This document shows, piece by piece, positions 38,514 to 48,779 of a stretch of 64,000 nucleotides of DNA (its first letter is position 1; the number at the start of each line of letters is the position of its first letter). Under the pieces are notes generated by a model that saw nothing but the letters and a program-made list of their open reading frames with translations, was not told the DNA's origin and ran no database searches. A program made the position numbers and the translations under genes. The stretch is from positions 3,844,480 through 3,908,479 of the forward strand of contig OZ316898.1 in NCBI GenBank assembly GCA_973895155.1, written 5' to 3'. Source of the stretch: Marsupella aquatica. Taxonomy: Eukaryota; Plantae; Marchantiophyta.

Positions 38514-38780
38514 TCAACATTTTCTATGCTTTTTGATTTCTCGTAGCAACTCTTCTCCATCTTTTGAATTTAGAAGACAACAATGTAAATCAACCTGTGA
38601 CAGTTTTCTGGTCTTGCTTAAGACGGTACTAGGATACTCGAATTGGTTTACTTCTCCTACAATCCTTAAGATTGCTTGTTTGAGTTTTGTGCAAATGTCA
38701 ATTTCCTCTTTGGTGAATCTTCCAAATGTATTGATCACAAATCTCATTGATCTTTCAATATCATTGGCACACTCTAGCAT
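38514..38780 (-). CDS. Second small LTR-borne ORF (88 aa), speculative
   Basis: ATG-initiated ORF with an amphipathic-helix-like pattern. An in-frame upstream ATG at 38840 is separated by three stops (TAA, TGA, TGA). Confidence 0.3.
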   Translation of the reverse strand: MLECANDIERSMRFVINTFGRFTKEEIDICTKLKQAILRIVGEVNQFEYPSTVLSKTRKLSQVDLHCCLLNSKDGEELLREIKKHRKC

Positions 38781-39160
38781 TCATTGAATACTTCACAACA
38801 ACTCAAGGGTTGCTAAAACTTCTTCCTTTTACTCAACCATGGTAAAAAGAACGGGAAGAAAAGACATAGATTTCTTCAAAGGCAATGAGGAAATCAAATG
38901 TATATTTTCTCTCTCCCAAGGTTGACTTTGGGTTCTCCTCCTTTTGTACTAAAAGTGGAGATTATGAAAACTAAGACATGCCTCTTCAAAACCCAAGTCT
39001 AAAGAAATATGTAAATAAAAGTGAACTATCCTAGTCAAAAATGGAGTAGAGTCTCCAATGGATACATTAACAAAATATTGGAGTCTACTTACTCATATAC
39101 TAATCTATATACCTATTTCTAAGTCTAAACTAATGTGGCTCTAACTCTCTAAATATAACT

Positions 39161-40896
39161 CTATTCTGGTCCTAGCTTTTGGGAAGGAATCTCCTCAGGG
39201 TTAGCCATGGCAAGGGGTTCTGGTCGAAGGAAAACTCCCTGCTGACCAGTGGTAAAAGGGATGGACGGGTCAATATCCATGTTCTCCTGATGGGCACTTG
39301 GGTCATGAGAATAAGTGTAAGAATGGGAGTGGAAGTGTGTACTGGGAGTGGGGAAACCAGGAGGGTTGAGGGGTGATGAGGGGCCAGTGGAATAGACTCC
39401 TTCATGAGGACTAGGAGAGAAAGATCTGGTAGTAAAGGGAGGAATCTCAGTATCAGCTAATAGCTCCTTAGTAGTCAAGTCACTCATCTCCCTTAAGGCT
39501 TCACAGGTCTTTGAGAGGCCTGTAAGTGCATCATCCACCTTGGTACTCACATCTACCACTAAATGGTTAATCTTGGAGAAAAGGATGGGTGTGGTGTTCT
39601 TGGCCAAATACTCATCATAAATTTGGGCCTTAAGAAGATCCAGAGAAGCTATCTTAGTCAAAGGCTCAATTAGATCCAAAGATTGAGTGATACTGAGTTT
39701 GAGAGTATGCTCAAGCTCATTCTTCTTCTTACTCCTTTCCAACTGCTGTTTGAGTTCAGATACCTTCTTCTTGAGGAACTCATTCTCCTTCTCCAACTTC
39801 CTCTTATCTGTGGCATCACTCATGGTGGAGATCTTTTCAAGAATCTGCCCTGGTTTTACTCCTAACTTCTGAGAAATGTCAGTGATGGCCTTCTCCATCA
39901 CAGTGGTCTTCTTCTTCACCTTCTGGAATGTGTCTGAGATGATCTGGAAATCAGCTAGGGTGTCTTGGGAGGCATGGCCGGGTGCATCCGGAAATTCAGC
40001 CGGGTCGACAAAGGCCGGGTCGGAAAAGTCCGGGTCGAGGTTCCGGGCAGCAGACCGGGTCTTTCGAGGATTTGTCTCTGCTGGCTCCTCATCCTCACTG
40101 TCATCAGAGGTGGCCTGGGTGATATCTGGATCTGTCTCTCCATACTTTATGAAGTTGAACTTGGCCAATAGTAATTTCTTCTCCTCTCTGAACAAAACTC
40201 CTTCAAAGCTATATAGATGTACCAGGTAGCAGGAGAGGGGAGTAGGACTCTTATTGGACAGGTTTTGTACCAACTTCCTTATCAAATCAAAGATAAGCTT
40301 AGCCCAGTTGACTTTTTTTTCTCCTTTGTAAGCAGCAACAATGGTAGAGCCAACTCCAACAGTAACTCTTCTTGGCTTCTTAGGGTACAGCAGGGGTAGC
40401 AGAAAGCTGAAGACTCGTCTCAGATCAGGATCCAAACACTTAGAAACATTGAACCCGTCCTTACTGTTGATGGCTCCTTTGAAGTAAGGGAGGATTAGAT
40501 TGACAGCTCTCCCCACTGGACCTTCTCCTTCATCTTCCAATACAAAAGCTCCTACAATCATCATTTGAGTCCATCGCTCAGGTCGGCCTCTAGAGGTATC
40601 CTTAAACTCAGTCGGATGGATCGGATCTCTCTGATCATATCTTCGCTCTGATAACTCCAGGGTAGCTCCATCAGAGACTCACATCCCATCCTGAGCAAAG
40701 ACTCCCTCAGTTTGACCTTCTCAGCTTCACTGTCCGGAATAGCTGGCCTCAGAATTTTCATGGCAATGGGGACCTCCTTTCTCTTCGATCGTCTCACAGG
40801 GGCTTTAACCGGAGTAGGTGCAGGTGATGTTGAGGTTGAATGCCCCTTAGAGACGCGAGAAGTGGACATTCCGGCTGGATCCGCCCCTTGCTCCAT
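39161..40896 (-). pseudogene. LTR-encoded accessory protein (~580 aa reconstructed): plant-retroelement extra-ORF-like domain plus coiled coil; one 7-bp frameshift in this copy
   Basis: ORFs 40561-40986 and 39161-40564 join once the 7 bp (ACTCCTT) retained in the 3' LTR are restored; the first ATG is at 40896. Motif LPW...MIRE...RG...LYP...VNWAKLIFDLI...PLSCYLVHLY, then an acidic DP-rich linker, a heptad coiled coil (LEKENEFLKKKVSELKQQLERS) and a P/S-rich tail. Confidence 0.8.
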
Positions 40897-42624
40897 AGGA
40901 TTTCTGCAAGCTGAAAATTGATTTCTGGTATATGTTCTGCCTCCTCTACGGCAAGCTCTACAATGAGGCGACTTTAGAATGTTCAATCTCTTTGGTGTCG
41001 ACCACTGGTAGAAATGTCCGGGTCGACCTGGCCGCAGCGTTTCTGATCAACTGAAAATCATTTCGGAAGAATTGCATCAAGATTTTGTCAACCACAATGC
41101 AGGGTCATCTAACGTGGGGAAAATTGGGACTCAATCGGGCCTACAATGATGATGTCCGGGTTGACCTGGCCTCCCTTCTCACAACCGATGTATCCACTAT
41201 CAGGATCTCAAACTTCCTGCCTTCACTTCCAGCGATGGAGTAGGCATTCCCCTCACAACGAATCAGTCAGTTCCCTCATATCCAGGCTCTCATCATGCAA
41301 TGCAAGATTGGTCCTATAATCCGGACCCAAGATCCTCTACCAAAAGGGTAGAGCCTCCTCACTCTACTGCTTAAATAGCCTAATGCGCTCGGGAGCTCAA
41401 AACCTACTAAGTTTGGCTTTGAGAGGTGTGAGAGGCCGGATCGACTCTCCTTCCTTATATCCGGATTCTGCTGTGGTCGTGCCTGTGTTTGACTTATGGT
41501 TTTAAAAACTTTGGCAATGGACAGCTGTTGTTGAGTAGAGTCTCGGTATAAGCTTTATATCTCATTCCAGGCTTATAGTAAAAAGTTCCGGGTCGATCCT
41601 CCTTCTCTAATATCAATCCGGGTTGACCTCAGATGGGCTTGAAAGTCTCATAACACTTCAAAGTAGACTTCAGGTCCCTCTTTAGCCTCATTTGAGATCT
41701 TAAACGTAAAAATTCTAAAATTTATGGTTAGTTAACCCTTCTTTTATAAACATCCTTATCTCACATGAATACTTGCCCTAAATTTGATGTCCATAAGTCC
41801 AAATTTTCCTTTACCTAAAAAGGGTGTGCACTTATCAGTAAATGCAATCTCATTGGATTATGTGCTTACTGATAAGTGTACCATCTTTCTTAGTTTTTGT
41901 ACAAAATGCACTTATAAATTGTTTTACACTTTTTAAAGTTATCATTTAGCTAAATGATTTGATATCTATTTGGCCTTAGAAAAGGTGAAAAAAATGCAAA
42001 CTTCTTGTAAAATGAGAAGAAAGAATAGGATGCCTTCTACTAAACCAAATTGGCTCTTGGACTGAACCAATTGTACATTGGGGCATGGATAAATATTGTA
42101 TAGAGAAGAATTGAGAGAGATCACGGATTGAGCTTGTCCTGACAAATACATTATGTCAGGGTATGTACTTGCAACGACAATGGGAGGATAGACGGGGGAA
42201 TCCATTGGCCTACTATAGGGAAGTATCGAGGGAAGAATAGAAAAGATTGTTTGTACTTGTTTTGTAGGGTTACCTTTTTGCAGGGTTTGGTTAATTTATT
42301 TATTCTATACTAAGTTTCTTTAGATTTTTTCTGACACAGAAACTGCAAATTCAAATGACGACCACTTCAAAAAAAAGGCGCAACTCTTTATTATAGTTCT
42401 TGATTGACTTTGGATATGGTGGAGTTTCTCTATTCATTGTTTTGCAGCAGCAAGGTACAGGAGTCCTTTCAGCTTCTTCTCCTTGGAGAGCATGTTACAT
42501 GATTGCAACACACACTTATTAACAACCCAACTCGACCATTCAGAATAAAACTCAATCTCAAGACTCATTAAGAGCCTCCGTACAAAGCTGCCCGCACACG
42601 CAAACCGTGCAAGTCCAAGCTTTC

Positions 42625-42773
42625 TTGAAGTATGAATAGGGTATGAGTGAACCCCACTTTTGGGTGGGGTGAATGACAAAAGCTATTGACGCTGGCAGGA
42701 GTCAAACTCGAGACCTCCTGAGTCCCAGTGAGATCCTCTAGCATGCAGCCTGGGGGCAACTGGTGACCACATG
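42625..42773 (-). mobile_element. Possible tRNA-derived SINE head
   Basis: Minus strand GTGGTCACCAGTTG (A-box-like) ... GGAGGTCTCGAGTTTGACTCCTGCC (B-box/T-arm-like). No complete cloverleaf. Confidence 0.35.
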
Positions 42774-44839
42774 GATTTGCACTCAATATTTAACCTTATC
42801 AGTGTCAGGAACAGTGGGCTGTGGGCAGCTAGATACGGGCTAATCTTGATTCTAGTCTCTAATACTTGACCAAGCATATGCCTCATAGACCCCATTAGTA
42901 CGAAACTTGCACTGAATGCCCCCAATGCTTCCCCCTCAAAGCTTTACATGGAACAGTTTGGACCCGCATCTGAAATTCAGTAAGTCAAGTTCTGTGTGGT
43001 GTTTTCTGCAAGGTTCACCATTTCAGCCTTGCCATGCAACACAGGACAATAGCATAGTACATTAATTTACCAGGGTCGGCAGCATTATGTCTTCATTTGA
43101 TTTTTCAATTTTTGGGCTTGGCGAGAGTAAGTATTGGGACTGTCATTAGAAGGGGGCGGAAATCAGGGATAACCATTTAGTGGCATATGGTGCGCCCATG
43201 AGTTGTACTTGAAACCTTACTGCTGTTTCAGTAAAGATTCCCTTTGAGTTCTATGTGTAATCAATTGGTTATGTGTAATTGTTGGGTCCGTAATGGACTG
43301 ATTCATTTTCAAAAATGTGCTTAGTGTTATGCGAATGGTCAAACATGTGCTAAGTCTCACCTGAATCAGGTATCATATATTCTTGACCAACTTAAATATC
43401 TTGCAACACAAACCAATAGATGTGGAGTAAAAGATAGAACTACAAGAACACAACCAAAGTGAAGGGTGCCAGAACACACACCGAATGTCAAAGGGACCAA
43501 AGTGGGCACCTCTGCATTGGGGACCAAGAAGGGCATTGACGGGGATTTGAGAAGGTAGGGGAGCGAGCTGCCTTAATGTGCTGTCAATAAATTTTTCCTA
43601 CCACTTACTTTTCATCAACATTCCCCAAACATTTGTTAGGATTAAAACTAAATAAAGTGTTTTAACTGTTTAGAATTCATTAAAGGAGCCATGCAACGTT
43701 AAGGCTCATACGTGTACACACTTTATGGGATCTTTAGGGTCTAGTAGATATGAACTATTCACCTACATGCCTTACAATTTTGAAGTTGCACAACTAGGTA
43801 GAGGCAATACCCAATTGGCATTTGCTTTTAGTACTAAGGAAAGTAGCCAATATCCAAGTGGCATTTGCTCTTACTCGCGAAGGAGCCAATACCCAATTGG
43901 CATTACTTTGCTCTCACTATATTCTACCTGCTGATGAGGATCCTCATTGTGACAGCAAATAGCAAACAAATTTACTGGTATGAGCAAAATAAATCCTGTT
44001 ACCAGCAACAAAAATTCAAAAATGTGTTATTGAAGTTATATTTTCCAGAATATTTCTAAACATAACATTTTTTTGCTAGCGCTAGGCACTACTATTACTA
44101 GCTCTGGGCGCTAGCAAAAAATATCAACTAAACAAAAAAGATAAATTCCAAAGAAAAGTCCAAAAACTTATCACCCATGCATTTGCTGTTACCAGTAATT
44201 GTTTGTTGTTGCCAATAATTGTTTGTTGTTATACACCTGCTGATTAAGAAAAAGTCAAAGTTCAACAAATTGGATGTGCAAAATTATCGTGAGCTGGAAT
44301 GTTCATGATATGGCTAAACTTTCTGGATGTTAAAAAAATAGCATTTTGTTCATATACAGATTACTCCAAAGATGGTCTACTAAGTGAATAGATCTTCAAT
44401 GGGATCTTGAATAAACAGCCCTACTTAGGCATAAGAATTTTGGTCCCCAACCACAATAACTCTATCATACCACATCAGATATCAATTGAAGCAAATATCC
44501 TAAAAGGAAACTCAAACAATGGAGCTGCTCAGGTGCTGGTGGTCAATCCTAAGGGTCCCTTTGAGGGGTTCTATGTTGGTGTGGGCTCTTGGTTTCAAAT
44601 TTGATTTTTGCCCAGCTGGGTGTACGTGTTCTGCATCTTATAAAACCAAGGATTTTTCCCTGCCCAAGCCATTACATAACCATTCTGCTCAGGCTTGGTT
44701 TCCCTTTTTTTGTTTCAGAAAGGAAAGAACTCCTGGCTTAGAAATTCTTTTTATGATTGCAGTGCCAGTGGTGTAGTGACAATGGAATTCCTCCTGGGCA
44801 AGGTCAGAAAATGATTGCCTCATTAATTGGCCAATTGGA

Positions 44840-45450
44840 CACTCTCGTAGATGGCAGACTGGTCCATTTGAAGCACAACCTCTGTGCTATTGTTATGTAC
44901 CATCTCATGCTTCTTTATATTCAGAAGATTGAATATACACATCTAGAAAAGATCTGTCCTACTTTCTTAAGGGGCAAGAACATACAAGATGCTAACAAAA
45001 AAGCTCTTGCTGCTTGGGACACTATCTCTAGACCATACATAGAAGGGGGATTGACTATAATTATGAGCTTCAATCTCAAGCATGTAAGATGAGGAACCTC
45101 ATCAAGCACCTCACTGGAACTATACACTGCATAAATGAGCATCACAAGGTCCTTGCTCAAAATCACTCCTATGAAGGATCATTTCCAAAGGAGCTGAGAT
45201 TTGGGGACCCTAGTGATACTCCACATGCTCTCCCCTGTGCTCTCCCTTGTCAAAAAGTTGCTTATGCTCTTGCTCTCAATTACTTGCTTAGGGGTTGTGA
45301 GTCTTTGCATAGATTTTCAGCTAGATTTTTGGAAGGTGCTCCAAGCTGGTTTCTCTTCAAATGATACTGCTATTTGGTGCCGCAAACAGAACTTTGGCTT
45401 CTTCCTTCACATTCAAAAGATGCTTAGTAGCACAAGCACATTCCAAGCTA
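44840..45450 (+). mobile_element. Degenerate L1-type LINE ORF2 remnant
   Basis: YHLM...LEKICPTFLRG...KKALAAWDTISRPYIEGGL matches the post-RT plant L1 motif (LEKxCRxFLWG...LVAWxxICxPKxEGGLG). Fragmented by stops and frameshifts. Confidence 0.7.
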
Positions 45451-48400
45451 ATAGTGCCCGGTTACCATTTCAACCCATTCTCCGTGGAGCTTGTATGAAT
45501 GTTCATGCTATGCTTCAACGTACTAGAAGTGTGAAAAAGGCAGTTTGAGTCAGACACTCACTGATCAGTGAGATGTCTGAAAGAGCAACAGTGAACAAGA
45601 AATCACCCAAGACTGGTAACTAACAATATTGGGTTGTAGTGCTAGATCTAGACTCTGTACATATATGTCATCTCCACTATAGGGAGGTGCTCTGCTACTG
45701 GTCTCCAGCCTTGGAAGATGAAGCCCCCATGGACTATGTAGGTTGGGGAATATGCTCCCATGGACTTTGGGAGCCAGGACATTCTATCAGGAATATTCCT
45801 GGTTAGTCCATCAGGGTTGCAAGGTTTGTGTCTACAATCCATGCCCAGAGGACCAACCAACACAAACATTTTTGTTTTTTTGTTACTATTGACAAGGAAA
45901 AGACAAATGTTTTTACAAAGAAAAAGCATTATCTGAGTATATAACAGGTTTTGCAATGGTGAATATGGGTTGTGCTGCTTCATCCACGCATTTTGTCAAA
46001 CGTTCGGATTTATGGGGGCTTTAGTTGTCCCTTTTTTCAGAATGGTGCCTTTATTGAGGAATAGAAACCCAGCATCTTCAGCACATTCAAACCTTTTGAA
46101 AAAAAAACCTTTTTGGAAATACGATACTTAGGGGGGGTTGGGCCACCATCAACAAAGCTTCAGGAATATATTCGATGTGATGAGTTTTTGACCATCGTCA
46201 ATGTGGCTCGCCTGGACTACTGGGCCACCATCTATAACACTTTTGGACCATATTCGGTGTGATGAGCTTGTGACCATCACCAATGTAGCTTGCCAATCTC
46301 TGACCTCCATCAGGTATCTTTTAGCCAAAAGAATAACAGAATGATACCAAGCTAAGGGTAGGGAACTTTCAGAAAGGAATGTACTCATCACCATATTTTC
46401 CAGTGGCAAAAATTAGCTAGTGTAGATTCTGGCTCTCTTATATTGGCCACTTTAGCGGAAATTGGCTAGATTTATGTAATCCATTAGCAGACTTTTAACA
46501 CTCATCCTTGAACCCAGGGAAATCTGACAGTAAAAAATGAATCTAGAAAAATAAACTGCGACATCTTCTCCTTCACACAAGATGGACATTGGCCAAAAAA
46601 GAAAAACCTTAGAAATTAAGTTGGTGCTCAACGTTGCATGCAGACCTTTTCTCGATGTCAGATTACTCTCATGTTTCCTCATTAAAATCTCATTTAAACC
46701 AAGAAATCTACTGACACAAACAAGTACAAGGGTCATGAGTTCCATTGGCAACTCTTGGCAAACACACCAGGTTCGACCAACACCACATTAAGGCTCCCCA
46801 GCCTTCTTGGGCCCCCATACCCTACCTGTCCCAAATCCCAAAGTTGCTGTCCGCAAGCCAGCTTGAACGTCAATCACCATTCTGGCGCACCCTAAATTCA
46901 TTAGCCCCTGATCCATTGACGGATGAAAAACTTACGTCCGTTTAGAGATTGTCGCCCTTAAGGGCGTGGGACACACCTAGCCTCTCACCCGCACGTCTCC
47001 CAGCCTCTATTTTTCTCTCTCATTGTCATTCTCAGCTTTGTCATTGTCAGGTCATGCTTCTCGAAATACTCGATGTGGAACAAATAGGGTTCTGTCGTCA
47101 TCACATTTTCATATGCGTGAGCATTCTGCCCAAAGTTTATGCGCACAAGAGCCCTTATTTCCTGTCCTCCCACACTATCAACGCATGCAAATTTTGCCTT
47201 GTTAGCTCGCTTTTCAGTTAAGAACTCATTGGGATTGTGTCATTTTCACTGTAAATTTGTTTGTTTTAACTTTTTCTTTGGCATGGATGGTGTCAACACT
47301 GTCTTACTAAGCACATCAGTAGTGTTGAGGGTTAATTACTTGGCAACTTTGCCCCAACGAAGACATTCAAGATATATAAGGTTACTGGTGACGTTTAGGG
47401 ATTGGGGTTTCTACAAGCTGTGAAGGACAGACCATCATTGAACAAACCTGATTGGAGTCCAAGTTGTTTCATCACAGGCTGCACGCAAGCTCAAGTTAGT
47501 ACCTTACAAGCAGTTTTCCTAACATCCCAATATACTTCTATAGTTGGCATGTCAAAAGGTATGTCTGAAATCATCAAAAATATGCCATGCATCATAACAA
47601 CTAGTGCAACACTGAGTGAACATGCAATATTGATTTGGTTCAATTTAGGCTAATGTACAGATCACTTTTTGATGAAAGTATTCAGCTGAAAAAAAGTCCT
47701 TTTTGGTGTCCCATGACTTGAATTTTCAGTTCACCGAGAAAGGTCCCAACATGATTCTTTCACATATCACTTAGTTCCTAATTTGGGTTTCAATTAAATT
47801 TTAACCCATTACCAGGCTTTTAGTTGCTGCTCAGTAGGGTTTCAGTTCCTTTGCCTTTGGTGGGGACTCTTGATTTTTAGCTCTTTGACATACCTTGGTT
47901 TCTCCCATATTTGTCTCCCCTTTATTGGGTCTTCTGCCTTCAGTATCCTGTCTCTTCTGCAGTGTCATAGTAATTACACATATCTCTTCCCCATTAGAAA
48001 TAAATGTACTTCCTGCATATACTCTCTTTGTGCATCTCGTGCTCTCAAATTACAATATGATTGTACTTAATACAAGAAAAAGAACCAACTACACAGGACC
48101 TCTAGAGGAGCCAAGGATGATTAAATCTACGAGTCAGCCGCACTAGACTTACAGGACAGGGACGCCAGAACAGAGGATCTATGTGCCCATGTCATTGAGA
48201 ATGTATGGACTCTGCTTAGTACAGTGGTTTCCCACATATGGAATGTCAGGGAAGCAAAGTCCTTGAATAGTATATTAACTAATGTGAATATAGAAACTAA
48301 GGGAACTTACAAATGCACCTATGTTGAAATATATATCAAGGTCCCAAAAACGAAGCAACCCAATAAAGGGAGGGAAAAGCCCTGAGAGGCCGTTGAAAGG

Positions 48401-48711
48401 GTTGGAGAAGAAAATTTGACTATCTTGTTGCCTAACTCACTGCTTTATGCACCAGATTCTACAGACTCAAGTTGAATGGTCTTGGGTTCAGCCTTGTTGA
48501 TTGTTGTTTTTTCTAAATGGGCAGGGTTGGTTTCAAAGAGAAAGGCTGAATTTATAGCAAATAGTACAACGGGCAGACAGGCACGGAAACCCTCAGTTTT
48601 ACAATTGTGTATATTATATACTGTCTTAAACTACTACAAGTACTGGCGAACAACATTGCTGCCTGAGAGGGTTTGGAGATCTTAAAACTGAAACTGTAGG
48701 AGAATTGTCAA

Positions 48712-48779
48712 GTTGGGATTGAACTTGTCACTATCTGGTCACAAGTCACCATAGTCAATTGAGCTGACCACCAAGCCCC
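48712..48779 (-). mobile_element. Possible tRNA-derived SINE head
   Basis: Minus strand GGGGCTTGGTGGTCAGCTCAATTG...GTGACAAGTTCAATCCC: A/B-box-like, with the same GTGGTCA start as the 42.7-kb copy. Confidence 0.3.

Larger units (their letters stand above)
28070..41765 (-). mobile_element. Full-length Ty3/gypsy non-chromovirus (Athila/Phygy-like) LTR retrotransposon, 13,696 bp, with accessory ORFs; inactive copy
   Basis: TG...CA termini; 5-bp TSD TGAAT at 28065-28069 and 41766-41770; two LTRs about 98.5-99% identical by eye; PBS and PPT present; domain order gag-PR-RT-RH-IN; no chromodomain and no extra RNase H. Confidence 0.96.
38168..41765 (-). repeat. 5' LTR (3598 bp) containing protein-coding ORFs
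   Basis: Direct repeat of 28070-30581 plus a 1092-bp segment (38678-39769) absent from the other LTR. Followed on the minus strand by the PBS. Confidence 0.95.

Noticed and set aside
39161-40896. Calling the LTR ORF an envelope (env) gene
   Set aside because: No signal peptide or convincing transmembrane anchor; the composition fits a soluble nuclear protein better.
46149-47423. Cluster of 60-99 aa ORFs
   Set aside because: No recognisable motifs; probably decayed repeats.
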